This document shows, piece after piece, positions 48,916 through 59,514 of a stretch of DNA of 64,000 nucleotides. Made by a program: the position numbers and the translations under genes. The notes beneath the pieces are model-generated. The model was not told the origin of the DNA and made no database searches. It was given only the letters and a program-made list of their open reading frames with translations. Position 1 is the stretch's first letter. The number at the start of each line of letters is the position of its first letter. The DNA comes from Roseburia sp. Its GTDB lineage: Bacteria; Bacillota; Clostridia; Lachnospirales; Lachnospiraceae. The stretch covers positions 1,115 through 65,114 of the forward strand of contig JBNMKU010000003.1 in the NCBI GenBank assembly GCA_050874505.1, given 5' to 3'.

Positions 48916-49536
48916 ATGATTCTAAAGAAAGATGCGGCGCCTCAGATCGACTATCTTGAGGACTGGCCACTCCATTATTATGAGATTGAAGCGATCGACG
49001 AGCGAAGAAATCTTCTTGCACAGGCGATCAAAGAAGAACGAAACGTTCCGGAAGATACTTACCGCATGAAATTATTAGAAAAAAGATATGGAAAAAGCGG
49101 AAAAAACGATGCCTTTATGAGAGCCTGGATGATGATCAAAGCCTCCGGCTCTGCCGGCATTTCTTTCCTCAACAAACGCCATCTGCAAAAAGAATTAAGA
49201 CAATATATGCAGGATCTGTGTCTGCTTGAATACGAAGCAGAAAACGAAACAGAACACGCCATGATCGTTGCAGAATGGGAAAACTTTGCAGCCGTCTTCC
49301 TGGCGTCCTGCACCGGAAGCAAGGCTTACTGTTCTACACTTTTTTCTCTCGTTCCGATCAAGGATGCCACCGTAGCAAAAAAGATCGCAGAAGAGATCGA
49401 TTTTGTTACCAGGCGTTACCCGGAAAAACTCGCTCTTTCCGAAGCATTTCAGCCATTCCGTCAGGTCATGGCTGATACTTACTGTAAATTGATTGAAAAT
49501 GGTGCCACTTACTGGGATGAGGTCATCCGCTCATAG
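48916..49536 (+). CDS. Hypothetical protein (DUF6553-like)
   Basis: 206-aa ORF with GAAAGGA RBS; family name is from recall only. Confidence 0.65.
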   Translation: MILKKDAAPQIDYLEDWPLHYYEIEAIDERRNLLAQAIKEERNVPEDTYRMKLLEKRYGKSGKNDAFMRAWMMIKASGSAGISFLNKRHLQKELRQYMQDLCLLEYEAENETEHAMIVAEWENFAAVFLASCTGSKAYCSTLFSLVPIKDATVAKKIAEEIDFVTRRYPEKLALSEAFQPFRQVMADTYCKLIENGATYWDEVIRS

Positions 49537-49546
49537 GTCACTTTTA

Positions 49547-50590
49547 TTATTGTTCCAGATAGGAATCCACGTCCTCGGGACCCACTTTGGCATGGGGAAG
49601 CCTGATGTATTTGCCGTTTTCCAGATCCAGATCATCCAGACTGGCATTGGTTGCAAGGTCAAATGCAAGTTCCAGCATCCCCTCTGCCTGTCCCTCTTTA
49701 TCATTGTATACCGTTCCAGCCATCTCCCCGTTTTTTACCGCTTCCAGTCCGACGTCCGTCCCATCAATGCCCACCACGATCGGCCATTCCTCACGGCTTA
49801 GATCAGATGCTTTTAAGGCATCGATCGCACCAAGTGCCATATCGTCATTATTGGCAAGCACCAGTTCGATCTTCGCGCCGTTCTGGCTTAAAAGCTGTGT
49901 CATCTGGGTCTGCGCCTGTGCCCGGTTCCAGTTTGCAATGGCATAACCTAATTTTTCCACCTCAATACCGCTTGATACGATCGTGTTGACAGAATATTCC
50001 GTGCGGACAATGGCATCCTGATGTCCTGCTTCCCCCTCCAACACAACATACTGACAGACACCATCTCCGTTTTTATCCGCATCCGGCTGTTTTAAAAACT
50101 GTTCTGCCGCGATCTCTCCCTGCATCACACCGGATTCGAATGCCTTGGCACCGACATAATAGAGTCTGTCCCAACGCTCTAAATCTTCTTCCACAAGTTC
50201 CCGGTTAAAAAAGATAACCGGGATATTATTTTTCTCCGCCAGATCAATGATCGTGGTCGGATCCGTCCGGTCTACCAGATTGACACAGATAATGTCGCAT
50301 CCATCCTGAACCATCGTCTCCACCTGATTATTCTGTGTTGCCTGACTCTCTGAGGCATTATATACCTCTATATTGATGGCAACGCCAGTCTCCTCTTCTT
50401 TCTGTGTTGCATAAGTATTAAAGTCTTCCATGAGTTGAGATACAAATGTGTCGTACTGGTCATAAACAGTAACTCCGATTTTCATACTCTTTACTTCATC
50501 TGCCTGATTCGGGAACCGGCAACCGGAAAGCAAAACCGTACCCGCGAACACTGCACAGGTACCAAAAAACCTATATTTTGTGTCTCTCAT
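49547..50590 (-). CDS. MglB-like sugar-binding lipoprotein (sensor-associated)
   Basis: Lipobox LSGC, IPVIFFNRE, GEAGHQDA..RT, ANNDDMALG. Confidence 0.88.
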   Translation of the reverse strand: MRDTKYRFFGTCAVFAGTVLLSGCRFPNQADEVKSMKIGVTVYDQYDTFVSQLMEDFNTYATQKEEETGVAINIEVYNASESQATQNNQVETMVQDGCDIICVNLVDRTDPTTIIDLAEKNNIPVIFFNRELVEEDLERWDRLYYVGAKAFESGVMQGEIAAEQFLKQPDADKNGDGVCQYVVLEGEAGHQDAIVRTEYSVNTIVSSGIEVEKLGYAIANWNRAQAQTQMTQLLSQNGAKIELVLANNDDMALGAIDALKASDLSREEWPIVVGIDGTDVGLEAVKNGEMAGTVYNDKEGQAEGMLELAFDLATNASLDDLDLENGKYIRLPHAKVGPEDVDSYLEQ

Positions 50591-50599
50591 GTTTCCCCC

Positions 50600-51577
50600 T
50601 TACTGTACGATTGGAAATAAAATCTTCTGATTTTCCTCATCATACAGATTTTCTTTTCTTATCACAAGACTGTCAACCTGCTCACTGTCTGCAGATGACA
50701 GCTTATATTGTAACTGTTTTGCAATCGAGCGCACGCTCTGATAGCCCATGTTAAATTCATTCGGTACCACAAGAGCTGTGATCACTCCTTTATCCAGATA
50801 ATAAACCGCCTTCTCCGAACATCCCTCTCCATATAGCCGGAATGGCTGTTCTTCTTCCTGTCTGGTCTGTAAGTAATCTACTACCGTCTCCGTTTCCTGG
50901 TTACCAAGCGATATTATGATATCTACCGGACTGTCTTCCTGCATGGTGGCAAGCTCTGTTGCAAAGCTCTCTGTCGAATCGTAAATACACCATGTCAGCT
51001 CTGCCCCCGCATCTTCAAGCGTATCTTTTACCCCGGAGAGCCGTTGCTGCATGGATAGCAGAGTGCTGCTCCCACTTAACACCCCGATCTTTACCCCGGA
51101 CAGTGAACCATCCTGGTCTGCGATCACCGCCTCTGCCAGTGCTGTCCCTATCTTGCGATTGTCCGGCGCAGTCAACGCATAGACTCCCTCCGGTTCTACG
51201 TCGCTCTCCAACAGCATAATGGCAACCGAGCCATCCAGCTGCTCAAAGATCTGATCCGGCTCCATACTGGACACCAGCTGCACGATGACTCCCTGCGCTC
51301 CGTTTTCCACCTCACGCTCGATCAGGGCTTTCTGCTCTTCCTCGCTTGTTAAAACTCCGGTCGATACATAATTTAACTGTATGTTTTCTTCATTTGCCGC
51401 CTGTTCTAATCCCTGCCGCATTGCGATCCAGCGGTCACTATTGCTGTCATTTACAATGACGGACACACGGTTTGGTTCCTCTTCCATATTTACAAAAAGC
51501 ATACCCGCCGAAACTCCGAAAATAATAAGTACCAGGATAAGGATCAGCCCTGCGAAATAAATCTGTCTTCTTTTCAT
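50600..51577 (-). CDS. Membrane-anchored PBP type I sensor-associated protein
   Basis: N-terminal TM, GLEQAA, DNRKIG, NEFNMGY. Confidence 0.8.
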   Translation of the reverse strand: MKRRQIYFAGLILILVLIIFGVSAGMLFVNMEEEPNRVSVIVNDSNSDRWIAMRQGLEQAANEENIQLNYVSTGVLTSEEEQKALIEREVENGAQGVIVQLVSSMEPDQIFEQLDGSVAIMLLESDVEPEGVYALTAPDNRKIGTALAEAVIADQDGSLSGVKIGVLSGSSTLLSMQQRLSGVKDTLEDAGAELTWCIYDSTESFATELATMQEDSPVDIIISLGNQETETVVDYLQTRQEEEQPFRLYGEGCSEKAVYYLDKGVITALVVPNEFNMGYQSVRSIAKQLQYKLSSADSEQVDSLVIRKENLYDEENQKILFPIVQ

Positions 51578-53430
51578 TTGCTGTTCTCCCCTCTCAGTTC
51601 TTTTATTTTTCCTCCCTCTAACAGTTTCTGTGTTTCCTGCGAATACGGGATCTGTGGCAGGTGGATGCGCACGGTGGTTCCCTCATCCGGCTGGCTCTCG
51701 ATCTCCAGTCCGTACTGTTTTCCGAAGCGGAGCTGGATTCTGTTATGCACATTGACAAGTCCCACACCGGAACCATGTTTTCTGACACGATTATTATCTA
51801 TCAGAAGCTGCTCTACCATATCCTGTGGCATGCCAAGTCCGTTGTCACTTACTTCGATATAGATATCTCCGTCTCTCTGGTATACCCGGACATGGATCTC
51901 TCCATCTCCATCCATCGCTTCCATACCATAATAAATGGCATTTTCGAGCAAAGGCTGCACAACCAGTTTTACCGTACAGCACTGCAATGCCTCATCTTCC
52001 GCCTCAAAATCCACGGTAAAGCTGTTCTTATAGCGGATCTTCTGGATGTTCATATAGTTTTTCGCATGTTTGATCTCGTCCTCGATACGGATGATCGTCT
52101 TTCCCCGGCTTAAACTGATGCGGAACAGGCTCGCAAGCTGTGTGATCATAAAGACTGCGTCTTCATAACGTTCGCCCTCGATCATCCATACGATCGAGTC
52201 CAGTGTATTATATAGGAAATGGGGATTGATCTGCGACTGCAGCGCATCCAGCTCGCTTTTACGTTTTTCTTCCTGTTCATGCAGAATATCGTGCATCAGC
52301 TGATTGATCTGCGCCACCGTTGACCTTAATGTCTTTCCTAAATGTTCTACCTCTAAAGTGCCTCCCTCATAGATGTCTGGATTTAAGTTTCCAGCCTCCC
52401 ATTCTTTTACGGATTCGTTTAATTTCCGCAACGGTTTTGCAATCCTTACGGCTACCAGCTGATTTAATATGATGATCGCCAGCATGGAGATCGCAACCAG
52501 TAAGATCACAAACATCCTCGTTCCATACAATCCCATATCAAACGCACTCATCGGCACGACACTGACGATCTTCCATCCGGTATAGCTTATGGTTTTTACT
52601 GTGATCAGGCGGTTTTCTCCCTGAAATACTTCCCGGTGGCTTCCATCCTCATAGCGGGATGCTTCAATGTTGTTTTCTTCATACAGATTGGTATAGATCA
52701 GTTTCTGTTTGGGATGATAAATGATCTCTCCATTGCTGTCCATCAGGTACACATACTCGGAGGAGTTATCCGTATTCGCCTTGTTGAGCAGCTGTTCAAT
52801 GCTGCTGTAGTTCATGTCGACAAGTAATACGCCAAGCGTCGGATTTCCATTGTTTGTGATCTCCACCGCACGGCTTAGTGAAATGACCCAGTAATACCGA
52901 TAATTGGTGTTATCAAACAGGTTCTGCACATGTGGGGTGGAAAAATGAAGGTTCTCCATCTGGCCGACCGCATTGACAAACCACTCCTGCCCCACAATAT
53001 CCAGATCATTTTTCTCATTCGCGACCGGAGCTGCCGCCACCAGATTTCCCTCATTCGTGTAACAGGCAATGCTGATCAGATTGTCCTTATTTGCCTCATA
53101 GAGCAGATTCATCTCCTCATCCATCGAATCCACGGCAAAATCTTTGTCCTTGATGACGCTGTAATACATCGTATCAGAAATGCGGCGCATATTCCGAAGA
53201 TAGGTTTCCAGATTGATCGCGGTCTGATTCAAAAGCTGCTCGGAACTCTCGATCGTCATATCTTCCATACGATTGACAAAACGGTTATATAACGTCACGC
53301 CAAGAATCCCCATACTGCACAGAGATACGATTGTGAAAGAAATCGATATCGTAAACTGTATCGTCTGGGGTTTCCTGTGTTTTGCCAGATATTCTGCTGT
53401 CTTTTGGTATAATTCTTTTAGTTTTCTCAC
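51574..53430 (-). CDS. Sensor histidine kinase, LytS/YesM family (dCache-HAMP)
   Basis: LQSQINPHFLYNTL, QPLLENAI, DNGLG, GVGLVNV. Confidence 0.95.
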   Translation of the reverse strand: MRKLKELYQKTAEYLAKHRKPQTIQFTISISFTIVSLCSMGILGVTLYNRFVNRMEDMTIESSEQLLNQTAINLETYLRNMRRISDTMYYSVIKDKDFAVDSMDEEMNLLYEANKDNLISIACYTNEGNLVAAAPVANEKNDLDIVGQEWFVNAVGQMENLHFSTPHVQNLFDNTNYRYYWVISLSRAVEITNNGNPTLGVLLVDMNYSSIEQLLNKANTDNSSEYVYLMDSNGEIIYHPKQKLIYTNLYEENNIEASRYEDGSHREVFQGENRLITVKTISYTGWKIVSVVPMSAFDMGLYGTRMFVILLVAISMLAIIILNQLVAVRIAKPLRKLNESVKEWEAGNLNPDIYEGGTLEVEHLGKTLRSTVAQINQLMHDILHEQEEKRKSELDALQSQINPHFLYNTLDSIVWMIEGERYEDAVFMITQLASLFRISLSRGKTIIRIEDEIKHAKNYMNIQKIRYKNSFTVDFEAEDEALQCCTVKLVVQPLLENAIYYGMEAMDGDGEIHVRVYQRDGDIYIEVSDNGLGMPQDMVEQLLIDNNRVRKHGSGVGLVNVHNRIQLRFGKQYGLEIESQPDEGTTVRIHLPQIPYSQETQKLLEGGKIKELRGENSK

Positions 53431-55037
53431 GTTTCGCTCAATTTCCCTGCCTTATATTTGGATGGGGACATTCCAAACTGTTTTTTGAATACATAACTGA
53501 AATAATTCGGGTCCGAGTAACCGACTTTTTCTGCGATCACATAGGTCTTTTCGTCTCCGGTTAAAAGGAGTTCCACCGCCTGTTCCATGCGGTAATCCGT
53601 AAGATAATTAATGAATGTCTTGCCGGTCTCCTTTTTAAACACCGTTGAGAAATACGCCGCACTTACATTTAAATAACTGCATATAGTCTCGATACTCAGA
53701 TCCTGTTTTGCATAATTTTCTTTTACATATTCGATTGCCCTTGTCACAAAGGACTTGGTCGTATCCTGTCTCTCATTGGTGATCTGACGCTGCATGCGGA
53801 TACAGTTTTCTGTCAGCCACGCACCCAGATCCTCTGTCGATTCCAGTTGCAGTGCCTGATTGTATACATCACTGTTTTCGCCAAATACTTCCTCCATGTT
53901 GATCTGATGATTGCTGCCAAAACGGAAGATCTCCGCAATCAGTTCCATGACTAATATGCGGTAATTCTGGAGTGACATCTTGGTCTTTGACATCTGCGCA
54001 GCAAATTCTTCGATTGCTTCTTCCAGTGGTTCCCGCTCGCCCATCTTCACTTTCTTTAGGATCTTCTGGATATATGCCTCTTCCCAATGCTCATCTACAT
54101 TTTCATGCGGGTCCATCTCTGCAATATTGATGGCTCTGGTATTTCCATATAACACACGGTAGGAAGTCGCATTTTTTGCCCCCTGATAGGACAGGGAAAG
54201 TTGTCCGAGCTGATTGCAGATATGTCCGATCCCGGCGGTCACACATGCCTTGCAGACTCTTTTTGCCATCTTGCAGAACCGGTCCATATCATCCGTAAAA
54301 TGCGTGATGTCGTCTACCTCTGGAAGCTGTGTGATCAGTAAAATATCTCCCAGATAAGTCACTGCCCTACACCCCCATTTCTCGGTCAACTGCTCTTCCG
54401 CCAGTTTCTTTACCGAAACCGTAAGTAAAAATGGGTCAATGGGAACATTTTCCGGGTTCGTCGTACTGATATGTAAAACCGTCGCCACATAGTAGGGACC
54501 GGTCAGATCGATCTGATAATTCTTTACATATTTATCAATCTGCTCTTCCGGAATACGCCCCTCGATCAGTGAAGTATAAAAATTCTCCTGAAGCACTGGA
54601 AGGCTCTCCATATAGTATTCACGGAGTTTATCAATGTTTCGCTTCTCATCCATCTCTTTATCAAGATTGGTCTTGATCCGCTCAAACACTTCCCGTAATT
54701 CATTAGAATTGATCGGTTTTAGGATATACTCTTCCGCTTCGATCTTGATCGCTTCCTTAGCGTATTCAAATTCATCAAAACCGGAAAAAATAATAACTTT
54801 TACCTTCTGGTAGAGTTCTTTTAATTTTTTACACAGGGTAAGACCGTCCATATAAGGCATTTTGATATCGGTCATCACCACATCCGGCTGCAATTCCTCT
54901 GCCATCTCCAATGCCTCAACGCCATTTCTGGCATATCCCACGATCTTAAATCCCATACTCTCCCAGTCCAGTTTTTTCATTATGACCTGGACTGCTTCTT
55001 CTTCATCGTCTACAAGTAAAACGGTATATTGATTCAT
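53427..55037 (-). CDS. Response regulator, YesN family (REC plus AraC HTH)
   Basis: VDDE, TDIKMP, YFSTVFKKETG, VGYSDPNYFS. Confidence 0.95.
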   Translation of the reverse strand: MNQYTVLLVDDEEEAVQVIMKKLDWESMGFKIVGYARNGVEALEMAEELQPDVVMTDIKMPYMDGLTLCKKLKELYQKVKVIIFSGFDEFEYAKEAIKIEAEEYILKPINSNELREVFERIKTNLDKEMDEKRNIDKLREYYMESLPVLQENFYTSLIEGRIPEEQIDKYVKNYQIDLTGPYYVATVLHISTTNPENVPIDPFLLTVSVKKLAEEQLTEKWGCRAVTYLGDILLITQLPEVDDITHFTDDMDRFCKMAKRVCKACVTAGIGHICNQLGQLSLSYQGAKNATSYRVLYGNTRAINIAEMDPHENVDEHWEEAYIQKILKKVKMGEREPLEEAIEEFAAQMSKTKMSLQNYRILVMELIAEIFRFGSNHQINMEEVFGENSDVYNQALQLESTEDLGAWLTENCIRMQRQITNERQDTTKSFVTRAIEYVKENYAKQDLSIETICSYLNVSAAYFSTVFKKETGKTFINYLTDYRMEQAVELLLTGDEKTYVIAEKVGYSDPNYFSYVFKKQFGMSPSKYKAGKLSET

Positions 55038-55068
55038 GCCTGTCTCTTTCCTTATCGTTTCTTACCGG

Positions 55069-55380
55069 TTATGCACCATATTTATCATTCATCCGTTTCC
55101 ACAATACGCCAAACACGATCGTGCAAAGAATGATCTGTGCCAGTGCCACATACAGGTTCACAAAAAGTAACAGTGCCATAACCAGTGTTGCCCCTCCGAA
55201 AAATAAGATCAGTGCCCCTCCGTTTTTCGCATAAGCCTTTTCATCTTTTACCGGCTCTTTATTTTTTCCTCGGATAGTACTGACATCCTGTAAGATCATC
55301 AGTTTGAATCCATAATACATACAGATTACAAATAAAAGCAGTGGAATGCCTGCCTGTTCAAAAAATGTCTGTGCTGTCAT
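55069..55380 (-). CDS. Small 3-TM membrane protein
   Basis: 103-aa hydrophobic ORF with GGAGG RBS. Confidence 0.75.
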   Translation of the reverse strand: MTAQTFFEQAGIPLLLFVICMYYGFKLMILQDVSTIRGKNKEPVKDEKAYAKNGGALILFFGGATLVMALLLFVNLYVALAQIILCTIVFGVLWKRMNDKYGA

Positions 55381-55406
55381 AGTTTCCCTCCCACTTTTTC
55401 TTAAGC

Positions 55407-55442
55407 AATAATAGCGGCTGAACTGCTCCAGCCGCTATTATT
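55407..55442 (-). terminator. Hairpin after mglC
   Basis: AATAATAGCGGCTG/CAGCCGCTATTATT perfect inverted repeat. Confidence 0.75.
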
Positions 55443-55475
55443 ATAATACAATTTATGTATTGTTTCAAAACCTGT

Positions 55476-56465
55476 TTATTTCTTTGCTACGTATTTTCGG
55501 ATATCAAGTGAAATTGCTACGAAGATTACAATACCAATGGCGATGTACTGTGCGTTTGCATCGACTCCTAAGTACTGTAATGCTGCTTTTAACAGCTCGA
55601 ATACGGCAACACCGATGATAGCAGATGATACTTTACCACGACCACCTGTAACAGATACACCACCGATGGTACATGCTGCGATTGCTTCCATTTCGTAACC
55701 ATATCCTAAGTTGACGGATGCACCGCCGGCTTTTGCACCAAGCATGAAACCTGCAAGACCATACATAGCTGCTGCTTTCATGTAGATCAAGATCATTGTT
55801 TTCTTAACCGGAACACCGGCTACTTCTGCTGCCTGTGGGTTTCCACCGATCGCATACATATATTTTCCATGACGGGTCATGTTGAAGATGAACCAGGTAA
55901 TTGCTGCTACGATCAATGCGATCCAGATCAGCCAGCTGATTCCAAGGAATTTACCATTTGCAATGTCTGTGTACTCTTTTACATATCCACCAAGTGGTGT
56001 TGCACCTGTGTAGATTAAGGAAATACCATATACGATCTCCATCATTGCCAGTGTTGCGATAAATGGTGGTACGCTTAAATATGCGATAAAGAAACCGGTA
56101 ATACTACCGAATGCTGCACAGATCGCCATAACTACGATCAATGCAAGAAATACGTTCATTGGCTGCATATCCGGGAAGAACTTACCGGAATAATCCACAC
56201 GCTGTAACAACGTACCTGCGATACATGCTGCAAAACCGATCATACGTCCTGCGGAAAGGTCACATCCTGCGGTGATAACACATCCTGCAATACCAAGTGC
56301 GATAACAAGTCGTGCACTCATGTTGGTTAAAATGTTTAATAAGTTGTTTGGTGTAAGGAAATTACTGGATGTAAATCCGGTATAGATAACCAGGATAAAC
56401 ATTACAATAATAACACCATTGTTAATGATAAAGTCTTTTGCTTTCTGCTGTTTTGTCTTTTCCAT
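55476..56465 (-). CDS. mglC: Galactoside ABC permease
   Basis: GCDLSAGR, PPFIATL, YAIGGNPQAA, AIAACTIGGVS. Confidence 0.9.
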   Translation of the reverse strand: MEKTKQQKAKDFIINNGVIIVMFILVIYTGFTSSNFLTPNNLLNILTNMSARLVIALGIAGCVITAGCDLSAGRMIGFAACIAGTLLQRVDYSGKFFPDMQPMNVFLALIVVMAICAAFGSITGFFIAYLSVPPFIATLAMMEIVYGISLIYTGATPLGGYVKEYTDIANGKFLGISWLIWIALIVAAITWFIFNMTRHGKYMYAIGGNPQAAEVAGVPVKKTMILIYMKAAAMYGLAGFMLGAKAGGASVNLGYGYEMEAIAACTIGGVSVTGGRGKVSSAIIGVAVFELLKAALQYLGVDANAQYIAIGIVIFVAISLDIRKYVAKK

Positions 56466-56484
56466 TCTCTTGTCCTCCTCTAAC

Positions 56485-57993
56485 TCAGAATCTTGTTGCG
56501 AAGCTCATTACTCTTGCCTGTGTCATCTCTTCCGGCTCTGTGATCTCACCGGTAAGTTTACCATTACACATAACGCAGATCCTGTCTGCCATTCCAAGAA
56601 GTTCTGACATTTCAGATGAGATCATTATGATTGCTTTACCTTTTTTCGCCAGGTCACTCATGATCTCGTATATCTCATGCTTTGCTCCTACATCAATTCC
56701 TCGTGTCGGTTCATCCATGATCAATACATCCGGGTCATTCGCCAGCCATCTGGAAACGATAACTTTCTGCTGGTTACCACCAGATAAGTTTGCGATATGT
56801 TCCTTCATGCTTGGTGTCTTGATACTCAGCTTGTTAATGCTGTCATCCACAACTGCATTGATCTTTTTATGATCCAGGATAAATCCTGCTTTTAAGAACT
56901 TATTGTATACGGATACACCTACATTGTCCTTGATGGAAAGACATCCAAAAATACCATTTCCACGACGATCCTCTGTGATCAGTCCAATTCCTGCATTCAT
57001 TGCATCGATCGGATGTTTGATCTTTACTTTATTGCCATGCATGTAAATCTCTCCGGAAGCCACTCCGCGGATACCGAAAATACCTTCCATCAACTCGGTT
57101 CTCTGTGCTCCTACCAGACCACCAAATCCAAGGATTTCGCCCTTACGAAGGGTAAAGCTGACATTCTGGAAAGATTTCGGGTTGATGGAACACAAATTTT
57201 TGACTTCCATGACAACATCGCCCGGTTTATTTTCCTTTGGAGGATATACATTGGTCAGCTCACGACCTACCATCTTTGCAATGATCTGGTCAGTGGTAAG
57301 TTCTGCTGCCGGCCAGGTTCCAACATATGTACCATCACGCATGATCGTGATATCGTCTGCGATCCGTTTGATCTCATCCATCTTATGAGAGATGTAAACC
57401 ATCGCAACGCCCTTGTCCCTCAAATCATTCATGATACGGAACAGTGCTTCTACCTCATTATCAGAAAGTGAGGAAGTCGGCTCATCAAAAATTACGACTT
57501 TTGCCTGCTGTGAAACTGCCTTTGCAATTTCAACTGACTGCATCTGACCAATGGAGAGAGAACCAAGCTGTGCCTTTGGATCAAAGTCCATTTTTACCTC
57601 TTTTAGCCATCTCTCTGTCTCTGCGTACATGGTCTTGTGATCGATCATCTTAAATGGTCCGAACCCTTTCATCGGGTAACGTCCCAGATAAAGATTTTCT
57701 GCCACACTTCTTGCAGGTACCGGCTGTAATTCCTGATGTACCATTGCAATACCATATTTCATTGCCTCATCCGGATTGTTGATCTCGATCTTTTTACCAT
57801 CCAGGATGATCTCTCCTGCATCCATTCTGTAAATACCAAACAGGCATTTCATCAGAGTGGATTTTCCTGCACCGTTTTCCCCCATCAGTGCATGAACGGT
57901 TCCTGGTCTTAACGAAAGCTGCACATTATCAAGCGCTTTTACACCAGGGAAAGATTTGCAAACACCCTTAAGCTCCAGTTTATATTCCGCCAT
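56485..57993 (-). CDS. mglA: Galactoside ABC ATP-binding protein
   Basis: FPGVKAL, GENGAGKST, MVHQEL, LSGGNQQKV, DEPTRGIDVGAK. Confidence 0.92.
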   Translation of the reverse strand: MAEYKLELKGVCKSFPGVKALDNVQLSLRPGTVHALMGENGAGKSTLMKCLFGIYRMDAGEIILDGKKIEINNPDEAMKYGIAMVHQELQPVPARSVAENLYLGRYPMKGFGPFKMIDHKTMYAETERWLKEVKMDFDPKAQLGSLSIGQMQSVEIAKAVSQQAKVVIFDEPTSSLSDNEVEALFRIMNDLRDKGVAMVYISHKMDEIKRIADDITIMRDGTYVGTWPAAELTTDQIIAKMVGRELTNVYPPKENKPGDVVMEVKNLCSINPKSFQNVSFTLRKGEILGFGGLVGAQRTELMEGIFGIRGVASGEIYMHGNKVKIKHPIDAMNAGIGLITEDRRGNGIFGCLSIKDNVGVSVYNKFLKAGFILDHKKINAVVDDSINKLSIKTPSMKEHIANLSGGNQQKVIVSRWLANDPDVLIMDEPTRGIDVGAKHEIYEIMSDLAKKGKAIIMISSEMSELLGMADRICVMCNGKLTGEITEPEEMTQARVMSFATRF

Positions 57994-58111
57994 TTTGCTC
58001 CTCCTTTATTTTTTCAGGCAATCGCCCGTTTTATTTTATATAGATACAGATTGGGATCTGTGTATCGTCAAAGTTAAGTTTTCGAATCATTCTGATACAT
58101 TCATTTGAAAG

Positions 58112-58149
58112 ACAGGTGCGGGTGCAGATAACACCCGCACCGCCCCTGT
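58112..58149 (-). other. Intercistronic stem-loop between mglB and mglA
   Basis: GGTGCGGGTG/CACCCGCACC stem. Confidence 0.65.
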
Positions 58150-58178
58150 TTTACTTCTTTTCTTTTTCAACTAACGGA

Positions 58179-59312
58179 TTATTTAACCATGTCAAGAACA
58201 CTCTGTGCATTGTCTTTTGTAACTTTAACGTAATCACATCCGATGTAGTGCTCGTTGCCTGCACCTGTTAAGTAGTTGATTGCTGCATCTGCTGCACTGT
58301 GTGACTGTGAGAAGTGATCATTGAATACAGTACCTGTCATAGTTCCTGCGATAACATCCTCAAGTGCCTCTGATAATGCATCAACACCTACTAAGTAGAT
58401 ATCCTTACCTACAGTACGTCCTGCAGACTCGATTGCCTGTAAAGCACCAAGTGCCATTGCATCGTTGTTACAGAATACAACTTCTACATCATTGCCATGC
58501 TGGCTTAATGAGTTAGCTACTAACTGCTGTGCTGTAGCCTGATCCCAGTTACCAACCTGATCATCTAAGCAGTTTACATCAAGTCCTGCATCCTCAAGAG
58601 CTTTTACAGAATACTCGGTACGATACTGAGCATCTACGTTCTCCGGGTCACCTTCGATCATGATGTAATCAATCTTGCCGTTTCCGTTCATATCAAGTGT
58701 ATCAAGTCCGATGTCTGCGATCAGTTCGCCCTGGTAAGTACCAGACTGACGAGCATCACATCCAACATATGTTACATTCCAGTTGTTGTCAGCCCATCTC
58801 TGCTCTTCTGACTCATCCGGCTCACGGTTGATGTATACTAATGGGATATCTGCTGCTACAACCATGTCTGTGATGGTCTCTGCAGAAGAGGAGTTAACCG
58901 GGTTGATAATCAATACATCTACGCCCTGTGTAATGAAGTTCTGGATCTGGTTTGTCTGTGTAGCCTGGTCATTTGCACCATCTACGATTGTGATATTCTC
59001 TTTTGAAAATCCTTTTTCTACTAAGTAATTCTCAAGTTCTCCACGGAACAATGTCATGAAGTTATCGGAGAACTGATAAATACATACACCAACCTTTTTA
59101 TCAGCCAAATCACCATTTGCGGTATCTGCTGCTGCATCTGCAATATTCTCTGCTTCAGTTGTTGCATCGCCTGTTGTTGCGTTGTCTGTTGTTGCGTTAT
59201 CTGTTGTTGCATTGTCTGTTGTTGTGGTGGTGTTGGAACTGCTTCCACATCCCATTGCTAAAGATGCCACCATTGTCATTGCGAGCATTACGCTGACTAC
59301 TTTCTTTTTCAT
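58179..59312 (-). CDS. mglB: Galactose/glucose ABC substrate-binding lipoprotein
   Basis: Lipobox AMGC, IYQFSDNFM, LDMNGNGKID Ca-binding loop, NNDAMALG, GTVFND. Confidence 0.9.
   Translation of the reverse strand: MKKKVVSVMLAMTMVASLAMGCGSSSNTTTTTDNATTDNATTDNATTGDATTEAENIADAAADTANGDLADKKVGVCIYQFSDNFMTLFRGELENYLVEKGFSKENITIVDGANDQATQTNQIQNFITQGVDVLIINPVNSSSAETITDMVVAADIPLVYINREPDESEEQRWADNNWNVTYVGCDARQSGTYQGELIADIGLDTLDMNGNGKIDYIMIEGDPENVDAQYRTEYSVKALEDAGLDVNCLDDQVGNWDQATAQQLVANSLSQHGNDVEVVFCNNDAMALGALQAIESAGRTVGKDIYLVGVDALSEALEDVIAGTMTGTVFNDHFSQSHSAADAAINYLTGAGNEHYIGCDYVKVTKDNAQSVLDMVK
59161..59223. repeat. 15-bp tandem repeat encoding the (TTDNA)n linker of MglB
   Basis: TTDNA x3 plus TTGDA in the protein. 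Confidence 0.85.
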
Positions 59313-59363
59313 ATTGAAAACCTCCCTAAATAAATGTTTTGGTAACTTCTTGTTACATGATGA

Positions 59364-59427
59364 ATTATAGCAATGGAGGCATCAAAAAAACATACAAAAT
59401 ACTTCTCTCTTTCTAGAAAATTCTTCT
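59364..59427 (-). promoter_or_regulatory. mglB promoter: extended -10 and 21-bp-spaced direct repeats (YesN/AraC-type activator site)
   Basis: TGCTATAAT (59372-59364); TACAAAATACTTCT (59393) and TAGAAAATTCTTCT (59414). Confidence 0.6.
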
Positions 59428-59514
59428 GTATGTTTTGTGCAAAACGCTCGTTATTTTGTTTTTATATGCTTCTTTATTAGTTAATTTTGTGTGGTATTCT
59501 CAAAAATCCTTAGA

